From NCBI GenBank assembly GCA_049274945.1, contig JBASTP010000006.1, positions 29,944 through 93,943 on the forward strand: 64,000 bases of DNA. Direction: 5' to 3'. A program made the translations under genes and the position numbers. Below, piece after piece: positions 37,037-46,500 of this stretch. The stretch comes from Patescibacteria group bacterium. GTDB taxonomy: Bacteria; Patescibacteriota; UBA1384; GWA2-35-9; JBASTP01. The notes beneath the pieces were generated by a model that had not been told where the DNA came from, did no database searches, and was given only the letters and a program-made list of their open reading frames with translations. Within the stretch, counting starts at the first letter, position 1. Every line of letters starts with the position of its first letter.

Positions 37037-38066
37037 GGTAAAACCGAACGCAGTCCGCCGAAGCACCCTGAATGGAACACGGCTGAATAAGCAGAGTGGA
37101 ATATCAAGGGCGAAGACGGATCGCAAAAAAACTGTTATTGTTACCGGCTCGGCCGGTTTCATTGGTTCTCACCTTGCCGAGGCCCTGCTCAACAAGGGCT
37201 ATAAAGTTTGGGGAGTTGATAACCTGCTCACTGGTAGCAAAGCAAACCTCCACATCCTCAAACGCTACCCTAACTTTCAATTCGTAAATCACGATCTCAC
37301 AAAACCTCTCCCAAAAAAATTAACCATTAACCATTATCAATTAATCATTCATCTCGCTTCCCCTGCTTCCCCGCCCGATTACCAACGCTATTGGAAGGAA
37401 ACGATGCTCGTTAATTCGGTCGGTACCCTTCAGCTCCTCGACCTCGCAAAAAAACAGGGCAGCCGGTTTGTGTTTGCCTCCACCTCAGAGGTCTACGGCG
37501 ATCCGAGCGAACACCCCCAAAGAGAATCCTACTGGGGCAACGTGAACAGCTACGGCCCGCGGGCGATGTACGATGAGAGTAAGCGCTTTGCCGAAGCGGC
37601 AATTTGGTGCTATCGCCACAACTTCAATGTGAATACGGGGATTGTTCGCATCTTTAACACCTATGGCCCGCGGATGCGGCCTGAGGATGGCCGAGCGGTG
37701 ATCAATTTTTTGACCCAAGCGCTCAAGGACAAACCGCTCACCATCCACGGCAACGGCCGGCAAACCCGCGCGTTTTGCTACGTTGATGATATGGTGGCTG
37801 GCTTTATGAAAATAATCGAATCGAACGTAGAAGGCCCGGTAAACCTCGGCAGCCCGGCTGAGTTCACCGTCAATCAATTGGCCGATGCCGTTGAAAAAAT
37901 CATCGGAAAACCGCTCAAACGGTTGACAATGGCGCGGCCCACCGACGATCCGCAGCAGCGCCGGCCCGATATTACCCTCGCCAAAAAAATCCTTGGTTGG
38001 GAGCCAAAAGTAGACTTGGAGGATGGCTTGAAACAAACCCTTGAGTGGTTACACAATACACGGTAA
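37026..38066 (+). CDS. uxs: UDP-glucuronate decarboxylase (UDP-xylose synthase)
   Basis: VIVTGSAGFIGSHL...IIHLASPASPPDYQ...YDESKRFAEA...HGNGRQTRAFCYVDDMV shows high similarity to UXS/ArnA-decarboxylase-type SDRs. Confidence 0.75.
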   Translation: MTSEVKPNAVRRSTLNGTRLNKQSGISRAKTDRKKTVIVTGSAGFIGSHLAEALLNKGYKVWGVDNLLTGSKANLHILKRYPNFQFVNHDLTKPLPKKLTINHYQLIIHLASPASPPDYQRYWKETMLVNSVGTLQLLDLAKKQGSRFVFASTSEVYGDPSEHPQRESYWGNVNSYGPRAMYDESKRFAEAAIWCYRHNFNVNTGIVRIFNTYGPRMRPEDGRAVINFLTQALKDKPLTIHGNGRQTRAFCYVDDMVAGFMKIIESNVEGPVNLGSPAEFTVNQLADAVEKIIGKPLKRLTMARPTDDPQQRRPDITLAKKILGWEPKVDLEDGLKQTLEWLHNTR

Positions 38067-38106
38067 TATTAGCTATTAGCATCTCATTCGCTATACGTAA
38101 GGTTAT

Positions 38107-39414
38107 ATGAAAATCGCGATCATTGGCACGGGGTATGTGGGGCTCGTTACCGGCACAGGGTTTGCCGAACTTGGCCACGATATCACCTGTGTCGACATCG
38201 ACCGCACCAAAGTTGCCAAGCTGCGCCGCGGCGTGAGCCCAATTTACGAACCCGGCCTCCAGGAATTGATTGAGCGCAACATTGCCGAGGGCCGGCTCAA
38301 GTTCACCACCAAACACCTCGAAGCGATTAAAGAGGCGGGGGTGATTTTTAACGCCGTGGACACTCCGTCCGCTCCCGACGGCTCGGTTTCCATGAAATCG
38401 CTATTCGTGGCCACCGATGATATTGCCAAAGCCCTCGCGAAACTGCCCAAAGACCACCAGTTCTACCGTGTGATCGTTAATAAATCCACGGTGCCGATCG
38501 GCACCGCCGATGAAGTAACGGCACGAATCCGCAACCACTACCGCGGCGAGTTCGACGTGGTTTCAAACCCTGAGTTCCTACGCGAAGGCCAAGCGGTGCA
38601 TGACTTTTTCCACCCTGACCGGGTGGTGATCGGCAATGGGTCGGGCCGCGCCCGCGAGACCATGACCCAACTCTATAAAACCTTCAAGTGCCCAATTCTT
38701 TTTGTGGACACCAAAACTGCGGAAATGATCAAGTACGCCTCGAACTCGTTTTTAGCCACCTCGATTTCGTTCATCAACTCGCTCACCGAACTATGCGAAA
38801 AATTGGGCGCCGATATTACCATGGTCTCCGAGGGTATGAAGCTCGACAAACGGATCGGCAAGCAGGCGTTCCTCACCGCCGGGGCGGGCTACGGTGGTTC
38901 ATGTTTTGAAAAAGACGTCAGCGGCCTGGGATCAATTGCCAAGAGTTATGGCGTGCGCTTGCCGATACTTGAGGCAACAAAAAAAATTAATCATCGCCAG
39001 CGCGTCATCATCCTTGCAAAAGTTAAAAAGCTGCTTCGGACGATCAAAGGCAAAAAAATAGCGGTATGGGGTTTGGCATTCAAACCGGGCACCGATGATC
39101 TGCGTGATGCGCCAGCCATGGAAATCATCGGCTGGTTACGGCAGGCTGGCGCGAAAATTGCCGCCTTCGATCCGGTAGCGGAAGAAAATGCCAAGCGCGT
39201 TTTGCCGCACGTGCAGTTTTCACCCAACCCGTTCCATGCCGTGAAAGATGCGGATCTCCTTCTCATAATGACTGAATGGGATGAGTTCAGGGGGATTGAT
39301 CGAACCAAAATCAAAGCGGCAATGGCCCAGGCCAATGTAGTTGACGGCCGCAACATTTTTGACCGCCAAGAACTCGAGTCACTCGGTTTCCGCTACGAAG
39401 CCATCGGGCGCTAA
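38107..39414 (+). CDS. ugd: UDP-glucose 6-dehydrogenase
   Basis: MKIAIIGTGYVGLVTG...GGSCFEKD has the catalytic Cys motif. Confidence 0.85.
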   Translation: MKIAIIGTGYVGLVTGTGFAELGHDITCVDIDRTKVAKLRRGVSPIYEPGLQELIERNIAEGRLKFTTKHLEAIKEAGVIFNAVDTPSAPDGSVSMKSLFVATDDIAKALAKLPKDHQFYRVIVNKSTVPIGTADEVTARIRNHYRGEFDVVSNPEFLREGQAVHDFFHPDRVVIGNGSGRARETMTQLYKTFKCPILFVDTKTAEMIKYASNSFLATSISFINSLTELCEKLGADITMVSEGMKLDKRIGKQAFLTAGAGYGGSCFEKDVSGLGSIAKSYGVRLPILEATKKINHRQRVIILAKVKKLLRTIKGKKIAVWGLAFKPGTDDLRDAPAMEIIGWLRQAGAKIAAFDPVAEENAKRVLPHVQFSPNPFHAVKDADLLLIMTEWDEFRGIDRTKIKAAMAQANVVDGRNIFDRQELESLGFRYEAIGR

Positions 39415-39436
39415 GTTCTCAATCACCCATTTAGGC

Positions 39437-39465
39437 TTGACTTTTTGCCCCCGCTCCCCTACACT
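39437..39465 (+). promoter_or_regulatory. Sigma70-like promoter (-35 TTGACT, 17 nt, -10 TACACT) for the orphan gene 39539-40381
   Basis: gcTTGACTttttgcccccgctccccTACACTatag, followed by the hairpin gggtcgc-tttg-gcgaccc. Confidence 0.5.
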
Positions 39466-39538
39466 ATAGGGTCGCTTTGCGACCCTCTTGATTAACCCAT
39501 GAATTCAAGAGAGATCCTTTACAACGAGGTGCAGAACA

Positions 39539-40381
39539 ATGAGAGCTGGCAAGAGCCAAGAAGTACCGGTCGTAATCCGGTTGGGTCCAATTCTCCTACC
39601 GGAAACATCCGTATACATTGCCTTTTCTGACCTTCCAATCTACACTCCGCTCGAACTGGATGTGGAAATCGAACAGCGCTTCGAGGAGGCGCAAGCCAAA
39701 CGTGAAGCAGCTGGCCGACCTCGGTTCACCCGAGGTTCGCTCGCCAGCATGCGGCAGTTCCACTACATTCCCGGTAGTGATCACCTGGCAATCAAAGTCG
39801 CCCAAACCGACTACGGCAAGTTCATCGGCTCCGCCCACCTAGATCTGGCAGCAACTTGGGGCATGGATGCGCTTCATACCTCAGTAGCGATCTGCAGCCA
39901 CATTGTGACGGGTGATAATTTCGCCCTGTTCCACCTGCGCGGTGAAATTGCCTACCCGGGATGCATTCACGTGATTGGTGGCATGCTGCCCTTCAGACTC
40001 GAAGATGGCAGCCACCAGCATGTCTTCGGAGCGATGAAGGATGAGATCTTCTCAGAACTGAACATTAACGAAGCTGCAATCTGCGACATGTATTGCATCG
40101 GCATCGCCAGCGACCAGAACCCGGGCAGACTGAACAACGAGCTGCTATTCTGGACGTCCCTAAATATGACTCTGGCTGAAGTGGTTGAGTCGCACGGTCG
40201 GTCAGAGCGACCTGACAAGACCGAGGGCGACCTCATGCCGGTGCTCAATGAACCAAAGCCTCTGGCAGATTTCCTGTCGCGCCGCGCGGGCAGGTTCGTG
40301 CCGACTGGTTGGGCCTGCAGCCTGCTTGCCGGCAGGATCAAATTCGAGCCAGATTGGATGCCCGAGATCACAAAAACGTAA
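39539..40381 (+). CDS. Hypothetical protein (280 aa), relatively GC-rich orphan gene with its own promoter and terminator
   Basis: Inserted between ugd and the epimerase gene. No confident family assignment; a vaguely Nudix-like segment (GGMLPFRLEDGS...AMKDEIFSELNI) is unconvincing. Confidence 0.45.
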   Translation: MRAGKSQEVPVVIRLGPILLPETSVYIAFSDLPIYTPLELDVEIEQRFEEAQAKREAAGRPRFTRGSLASMRQFHYIPGSDHLAIKVAQTDYGKFIGSAHLDLAATWGMDALHTSVAICSHIVTGDNFALFHLRGEIAYPGCIHVIGGMLPFRLEDGSHQHVFGAMKDEIFSELNINEAAICDMYCIGIASDQNPGRLNNELLFWTSLNMTLAEVVESHGRSERPDKTEGDLMPVLNEPKPLADFLSRRAGRFVPTGWACSLLAGRIKFEPDWMPEITKT

Positions 40382-40408
40382 ACCCCGAGACATCCACTCG
40401 AGTCCACG

Positions 40409-40444
40409 CCGCACCAGTCGCTTGACTCGGTGCGGTTTTTTTTG
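40409..40444 (+). terminator. Rho-independent terminator
   Basis: ccgcaccagtc-gctt-gactcggtgcgg followed by ttttttttt. Confidence 0.7.
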
Positions 40445-40504
40445 TATGATCGCGAGTTGACTTCCCTAACCACGCCAATAGCGAATCTGATACAAATAAC
40501 TAAT

Positions 40505-40535
40505 ATTAGCTATTGGCATTGCATTAGCTATTAGC
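40505..40535 (+). promoter_or_regulatory. 31-nt motif ATTAGCTATTGGCATTGCATTAGCTATTAGC (also at 18737-18767 and, partially, 38064-38097)
   Basis: 29 of 31 identity between the 40505 and 18737 copies. ATAGCGAAT, or its reverse complement ATTCGCTAT, accompanies all three sites. Confidence 0.3.
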
Positions 40536-40549
40536 AAGGTAGCGTAAGC

Positions 40550-41587
40550 ATGAAAATATTCATTACCGGCGGGGCGGGGTTTATCGGTATCAACCTTGCC
40601 CGCCACCACCTCCTGAAGGGTGATAAAGTTAAAATATTCGATAATTTTAGCCGCAAAGGCAGCCAGGCCAATGCCGGCCGTTTGGTCGAGCAATTTGGCC
40701 GCGATAACCTGATTGTAGTGCCAGGCGATGTGGCACATGATTTTGAACTCCTTAAAACCGAGCTCGAAGGCGCCGAAATTATCTACCACTGCGCCGGGCA
40801 GGTGGCAGTCACCCACTCATTCATAAACCCGCGACTCGACTTCGAGGCCAATGCGCTGGGCACTTTCAACACGCTTGAGGCATTGCGGCTTGCGGCGCCG
40901 GGCGCCACGCTCATTTACTCTTCCACCAACAAAGTTTATGGCGGGCTTGAAGATGTTACAGTAGTTGAAGAAGACAAACGCTACCGATTCAATGACTTTG
41001 AAAATGGCATTCCAGAGACAAGACAATTAGACTTCCATTCACCCTACGGGGTTAGCAAGGGCGCTGGCGATCAGTATGTCCGTGATTATGCCAGAATGTA
41101 TGGATTAAATACGGTAGTTTTTCGCAAAAGTTGCATCTACGGCCCACACCAAATGGGAGTGGAAGACCAAGGGTGGGTGGCGTGGTTTGCCCTAGCTGCC
41201 CACTTTGGCAAGCCGATTACGATCTATGGCAACGGCAAGCAGGTGCGCGACGTGCTCCACATTAGCGATTTGATTAACGCCTACCAAGCTGCCCACGAAA
41301 ATATTGCTACAACCAAAGGTCAGATTTACAACATTGGCGGCGGGCCGGATAACACGCTCTCGCTTATTGAACTGATTGCCCTACTCGAGCAAGAATTCGG
41401 CCGCAAACTCGAGCATCGGTTCACCGATTGGCGCCCAGGCGACCAGCCGGTGTATATTTCAGATATCACCAAAGCCAAAAACGCCCTTACCTGGCAACCT
41501 GCCATGACCCCTGCCCAAGGCGTCAAACAGCTTGTGGGGTGGATTAAGGACAACGAATCGCTGTATAAGCAAGTGGGGATAGTCTAA
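40550..41587 (+). CDS. NAD-dependent sugar-nucleotide epimerase (CDP-paratose 2-epimerase-like)
   Basis: MKIFITGGAGFIGINLA...YGVSKGAGDQY...CIYGPHQMGVEDQGWVAWF. Confidence 0.7.
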   Translation: MKIFITGGAGFIGINLARHHLLKGDKVKIFDNFSRKGSQANAGRLVEQFGRDNLIVVPGDVAHDFELLKTELEGAEIIYHCAGQVAVTHSFINPRLDFEANALGTFNTLEALRLAAPGATLIYSSTNKVYGGLEDVTVVEEDKRYRFNDFENGIPETRQLDFHSPYGVSKGAGDQYVRDYARMYGLNTVVFRKSCIYGPHQMGVEDQGWVAWFALAAHFGKPITIYGNGKQVRDVLHISDLINAYQAAHENIATTKGQIYNIGGGPDNTLSLIELIALLEQEFGRKLEHRFTDWRPGDQPVYISDITKAKNALTWQPAMTPAQGVKQLVGWIKDNESLYKQVGIV

Positions 41588-41593
41588 AACATC

Positions 41594-41716
41594 CAGCGGG
41601 TGGCGAAGGGGTGCCAGCCGAGGGCGGGTCGCTAACGCCATAGGAAGCCCGTTATGGCCGACGCGCTCCTATAGAGTGCACGCCCGAGGCGGTACCCGAG
41701 AGCCAGGACCCGCTGG
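41594..41716 (+). repeat. Conserved structured intergenic element, copy 3 of 3 (closing helix CCAGCGGG...CCCGCTGG), immediately upstream of the GT4 start
   Basis: Core 41601-41640 plus the 3' block TATAGAGTGCACGCCCGAGGCGGTACCCGAGAGCCAGGA. It ends 8 nt before ATG 41725. Confidence 0.5.
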
Positions 41717-41724
41717 AAACCTCA

Positions 41725-42852
41725 ATGAACATTCTCATCTACAACTGGAAAGACCTCAAGCACCCGGAAGTGGGCGGGGCGGAAATTATTACCCACCACA
41801 TTGCCAAGCGGCTCGCTTCCCGTGGCCACCAGGTAACCTGGTTTTGCCGCAGCTTTCCGGGCGCAACCGAACGCGATCACTATGATGGCATCGAGATCGT
41901 GAGGCGCGGCAATTTATTCTCCACGTACTACCATGGCTGGCGATACTACCGCTCGCTCAGGCAAAAACCGGATTTGGTGATCGATATGCTCAACACCATC
42001 TTTTGGCAGACACCGCTCTACGCCCGTAGCTCAAGAGTGGTTGCTTACGTTAACCAACTCGCCAAGGAAGTACTCTACTACCAGCTACCGTGGCCACTGG
42101 CAGGCTTTGCCTACCAGCTCGAACCGCTCCAGTTTTTGAGCTACCGCAAAACCGCCTTTGTGTGCTACGCGGAGTCAACCAAAGACGATCTCGCGAGCGT
42201 GGGCATTCCCAAACGCAATATTGAAGTATTTCCGCTAGGGCTTGATCATGGCCGCTACCACCCGGGTAAAAAAGCCGCTAGTCCCCTCTTTGTTACCGTT
42301 GGCCGCCTGGCGGCCATGAAACGCAATGATTTGGTGATTCAAGCAATGGCTCATGTGATTAGTCAGGTGAGTAACGCCAAGCTAGTTATTATTGGTGAGG
42401 GCCCAGAAAAAGAACGGCTTAGAAAGCTAATCAAGCGACTTAAACTATCGGAAAGCGTCACCATCGCCGACAAAGACGTTTGGTTTTTTGGTAAAAACAC
42501 GCGGGACCAAAAAATCGAGCTCCTTAAACGGGCCTGGGCGCTGGTTATTCCATCGGCTAAAGAAGGTTGGGGCATGGTGGTGACCGAAGCGGCGGCCTGC
42601 GGCACACCGGCAATCGGCACCGCAGTTACCGGTTTGAAAGATTCGATCCAGCACAATAACACTGGGTTACTGGTATCGGCACATCCAACACCACACGAAC
42701 TTGCCCAGGCAATGATCGAACTAGCCCAAAATCGCGCGCTGCGCGAGCGCCTGGGCCGCAATGCGCTGCGGTTTGCCAAAACACTCGATTGGGACCGGAG
42801 TTTTAACAAATTTCGTGCAGCAGTTAAGGATGCGAGCGGGGTAACCCTATGA
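41725..42852 (+). CDS. GT4 family glycosyltransferase
   Basis: ...ALVIPSAKEGWGMVVTEAAACGTPAIGT.... Confidence 0.8.
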   Translation: MNILIYNWKDLKHPEVGGAEIITHHIAKRLASRGHQVTWFCRSFPGATERDHYDGIEIVRRGNLFSTYYHGWRYYRSLRQKPDLVIDMLNTIFWQTPLYARSSRVVAYVNQLAKEVLYYQLPWPLAGFAYQLEPLQFLSYRKTAFVCYAESTKDDLASVGIPKRNIEVFPLGLDHGRYHPGKKAASPLFVTVGRLAAMKRNDLVIQAMAHVISQVSNAKLVIIGEGPEKERLRKLIKRLKLSESVTIADKDVWFFGKNTRDQKIELLKRAWALVIPSAKEGWGMVVTEAAACGTPAIGTAVTGLKDSIQHNNTGLLVSAHPTPHELAQAMIELAQNRALRERLGRNALRFAKTLDWDRSFNKFRAAVKDASGVTL

Positions 42853-43889
42853 AAACCCCGTCAATTTCGATTGTTACGCCAACCCTCAATGCCGCGGCAG
42901 TGCTGGGGCAGTACGCTCGGGCGATTGTGGCGCAAGATTATCCCAGAACAAAACTCGAGGTGATTATCGCGGACGGTGGGAGCACTGACGCAACGCTTCT
43001 GCTGGCGCTCGCGCTGTTTAAGGGTACAGGTATAAGGTTAAAAACACTGCCAAACCCACTCAAAACCGGGGAGGCGGGTAAAGCGGTCGGGCTCAAAGCT
43101 GCCAAAAATGAGCTCGTGCTGTTTTTGGACTCCGACAATATTTTGGTGGGCAAAAACTGGCTCAAACGAATGATTGAGCCCTTCAGCGATCCCACCATTG
43201 TGGGCGCCGAGGCCTGGCAATTTGTGGCGCGCCCGAGCGATAGCGCCATAACCCGCTACACGGGCTTCCTGGGCATGTCCGATCCTCTCTCCTATTTTTT
43301 GGGCAACTATGATCACTTGAGTGTGCTCTCGAGTAAAATCTCGGGGCTACCGCTTGCGATAACCGATCATGGCCGCTATTTGAGCTTCCCCATTGATCCC
43401 AAAGCGCTGCCGACGATCGGAGCCAATGGCGCGCTTTTTCGGCGCAGTTTATTTAGGGGGTTTAGGGACAATTATTTATTCGATATTGACGTGCTCTATG
43501 AAAAAATTAACCACAACCACAGAAAGAAATTGTACTATGCCAAGGTAAAAGTCGGCCTGGTACACCTCTTTTCCGGCAATTTTTGGGGCTTTATCCGCAA
43601 GCAATACCGCCGCGTAGCAGACTACCACTACTTTGCTGATCAAGGCAAACGCTCCTACCCGTGGTCGCAGCACGCCAAACGCGGCCTCGTAAAGTTTTTA
43701 CTTGCAAGCGTTACGGTAGTGCCGATTGCTGCCCAAACAATGAAGGGTGCCATTCGCTCACGAGACTGGGCCTTCCTCTACCATTTCCCGGCATGTTATG
43801 CTACACTCATTGTTTATATGTTCGGAATGGTAAAAAGTAAGATTGCACCAGCGCAAGCTTCGCGCGCTAATTGGAAACAAACCAGATAA
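42849..43889 (+). CDS. GT2 family glycosyltransferase
   Basis: ISIVTPTLNAAAVL...VIIADGGSTDAT...FLDSDN. Confidence 0.7.
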   Translation: MKTPSISIVTPTLNAAAVLGQYARAIVAQDYPRTKLEVIIADGGSTDATLLLALALFKGTGIRLKTLPNPLKTGEAGKAVGLKAAKNELVLFLDSDNILVGKNWLKRMIEPFSDPTIVGAEAWQFVARPSDSAITRYTGFLGMSDPLSYFLGNYDHLSVLSSKISGLPLAITDHGRYLSFPIDPKALPTIGANGALFRRSLFRGFRDNYLFDIDVLYEKINHNHRKKLYYAKVKVGLVHLFSGNFWGFIRKQYRRVADYHYFADQGKRSYPWSQHAKRGLVKFLLASVTVVPIAAQTMKGAIRSRDWAFLYHFPACYATLIVYMFGMVKSKIAPAQASRANWKQTR

Positions 43890-43945
43890 CCTAAAAATCT
43901 TATCTCATATAGACAAGACGGATACTATTTGATAAGATTAAGTGA

Positions 43946-44520
43946 GTGAAGCGTTGGATAGACAAAAAACCAGAAGTTAGAAGACTTAAAAAATGGGAGG
44001 CAGCTTGGTTAGCTGGTGTTATTGATGGCGAGGGATCAATTGGTTTGTATGATTATGGCAGACAAGGACGAAGGGTAATGATCCAAATTGCTAATACAAA
44101 TCTAGAATTTCTTCAATTTGCACATGAAATAATAGGATGCGGTTCACTCAACGAAAGGAAAAAAATTCTCCTTCACATAAAGGCAAAAAAATAATTCAAC
44201 AATATGGCTTGAAGGGCTCGAATCGATGCTATCACCTACTCAAGCAAATAACTCCATTTTTAATAATTAAAAAGAAAAAAGCATTAAAAATCATCAAGGA
44301 ATTAGAAGAAAAACCATTCGGAAGATGGGCCAGTGCCACCAAAGAATATCGAGAGAAAGCAGGTGAAATTGCACGAAAACGTTGGGCTGACCCCGAATAT
44401 CATGCAAGGGTAGTAGAGGCAATGAGAAATTTTTACAGAAATCAAGAAAATTTAGTAAGACATGGTAAAGGGATGAAAAAAATATGGCAAAAAAGAAAAT
44501 CGCTCTCTGTACAGGTGTGA
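43946..44520 (+). mobile_element. Free-standing single-motif LAGLIDADG homing endonuclease gene, frameshifted at an A7 run
   Basis: WLAGVIDGEGSIGLYD is a canonical LAGLIDADG motif. The ORF splits into 43946-44194 and 44137-44520; a +1 A in the ggaaaaaaatt run at 44158-44164 would fuse them into about 190 aa. The segment is AT-rich and flanked upstream by a 9-bp inverted repeat. Confidence 0.6.
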
Positions 44521-45512
44521 CAGGGCAAGATGGTTCTTACCTTGCCGAGTTTTTACTCGACAAAGGCTACGAAGTGCACGGCATTATCCGCCGCAGTTCT
44601 TCGTTTAACACCGGCCGGATTGACCACATTTACCAGGACCCCCACGAGCGAGGCAAGCGGCTCTTTTTGCACTATGGCGACCTAACCGATTCCTCGGTCA
44701 TTAACCAGCTGGTCAAAACCATCAAACCCGACGAAATCTACCACCTCGGCGCCCAATCCCACGTGAAAGTCTCGTTTGAAATGCCCGAATACACCGCTGA
44801 CGTAACCGGGGTTGGCACGGTACGCATGCTCGATGCCATCCGCGATGCCGGCTTTCCTATTAAGTTTTACAACGCCGGCTCATCGGAAATGTTTGGTATC
44901 ACGCCACCGCCCCAGAGTGAAACCACGCCCTTTCACCCGCGCTCGCCGTATGCCGCAGCAAAAGTCTACAGCCACCACATTACCCAAAATTACCGCGAGG
45001 CGTACGGCATGTTTGCGGTCTCCGGCATTCTCTTTAACCATGAGTCAGAGCGGCGCGGTGAGACGTTTGTCACCCGCAAGATCACCCGCGGCATTGCCAA
45101 AATTATCGCTGGCAAAATGGATAAGCTCTACCTAGGTAACCTGGATGCCAAACGCGACTGGGGGTATGCGCCGGAGTACGTTGAGGCAATGTGGAAAATG
45201 ATGCAGCTTAAAAAGCCCGACGATTTTGTGATTGGTACCGGCACGTCGCACTCGGTCCGCGAATTTCTAGAAGAAACGTTCAAACTAGTTGGATTGCCCT
45301 GGAAAAAATATGTGGAAATTGATCCGCGCTACTTCCGGCCTTCCGAGGTGCCCAATCTCGTTGCCGATACGGCCAAAGCCCGGCGGGTGCTGGGCTGGAA
45401 GCCAAAAGTTACCTTCAAGGAACTTGCCAAAATCATGCTCGAAGCAGACCTCGCCGACGCACTCGGCCCGGAGTGGAAGGCTAAGGTAGAAGATTTTAAG
45501 CGAGCACACTAA
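44484..45512 (+). CDS. gmd: GDP-mannose 4,6-dehydratase
   Basis: [46 protein letters not shown]...YAAAKVY. Confidence 0.9.
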   Translation: MAKKKIALCTGVTGQDGSYLAEFLLDKGYEVHGIIRRSSSFNTGRIDHIYQDPHERGKRLFLHYGDLTDSSVINQLVKTIKPDEIYHLGAQSHVKVSFEMPEYTADVTGVGTVRMLDAIRDAGFPIKFYNAGSSEMFGITPPPQSETTPFHPRSPYAAAKVYSHHITQNYREAYGMFAVSGILFNHESERRGETFVTRKITRGIAKIIAGKMDKLYLGNLDAKRDWGYAPEYVEAMWKMMQLKKPDDFVIGTGTSHSVREFLEETFKLVGLPWKKYVEIDPRYFRPSEVPNLVADTAKARRVLGWKPKVTFKELAKIMLEADLADALGPEWKAKVEDFKRAH

Positions 45513-46468
45513 TCTCGGCGAGAACGAGCTTTCAGGACCTGAGATATAAGGTAGGGTCTCCGTTCGCGGGCACCCATGTGGGTAAGCATCTCGGCTAAAA
45601 GACCGGTGGTGATCGACTGGATGCCAACAATCACGAGCATTACCCCTAAAAATAACAGGGGGTAACGGAATTGGATTGAACCGGTCGCCAAGCGGATATA
45701 GGTAATATAGCCATTAATAACAAGCCCCGCGAACAAGAACAGTAGCCCAATCCCGCCGAAAAAGTGGCCCGGGCGCTTAAGGTAGCCGGTCAAAAACACC
45801 ACCGTAATTAGGTCGAAAAACCCGCGCAGCACCCGTTCGATGCCGTACTTAGTTTTACCAAATAGCCTGGGGTTATGCTTAACCGCCACCTCGGCCACCC
45901 TAAAGTTGGCGCGGGCGGCGAACACCGGGATAAATCGGTGGAGCTCGCCATAGAGCCGCAGCTCATCAACTACGCCGCGGCGGTACACCTTAAAACCAGA
46001 GTTAAAATCGTGGAACCGCACGCCGGTGAGCAGTGAGGTGATACCGTTAAACACCCTGGAAGCGATAATTTTTGAGATCGGGTCCTGGCGATGCTGCTTC
46101 CAACCAGACACTAGATCGTACCCTTCATTGAGCTTTTTAAGGAGTTTTGGTAGTTCGGTTGGTTCATCCTGGAGATCGGCGTCGAGGGTAGCAATCACCT
46201 CACCCTGAGCCTCATCAAACCCTGCTTGGAGCGCGGCAGATTTGCCAAAGTTACCCTGAAACTTCACCACAGAGACTGCTCGGTACTGCCGGGCAATTGC
46301 CGTTAATTTCTCGAAACTGCCGTCAGTTGAGCCATCATCAACAAAAATCACCTCATATGGTTTGCCGATAGTCTTGAGCACGGTCGAAAGATTACGCCAA
46401 AACGGCGGCAAGGACTGCAGTTCATCTTTGACCGGCACCACCACGGAAAGGTATGGTTTCGTTGCCAT
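45509..46468 (-). CDS. GT2 polyprenol-phosphate glycosyltransferase (ArnC/DPM1-like) with C-terminal TM helices
   Basis: [10 protein letters not shown]...[12 protein letters not shown]...DADLQDEP. The start is taken at ATG 46468 (MATKPYLS). Confidence 0.75.
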   Translation of the reverse strand: MATKPYLSVVVPVKDELQSLPPFWRNLSTVLKTIGKPYEVIFVDDGSTDGSFEKLTAIARQYRAVSVVKFQGNFGKSAALQAGFDEAQGEVIATLDADLQDEPTELPKLLKKLNEGYDLVSGWKQHRQDPISKIIASRVFNGITSLLTGVRFHDFNSGFKVYRRGVVDELRLYGELHRFIPVFAARANFRVAEVAVKHNPRLFGKTKYGIERVLRGFFDLITVVFLTGYLKRPGHFFGGIGLLFLFAGLVINGYITYIRLATGSIQFRYPLLFLGVMLVIVGIQSITTGLLAEMLTHMGARERRPYLISQVLKARSRRD

Positions 46469-46500
46469 TGACCGCCTATTATCGCTACAATAGACCCGAT

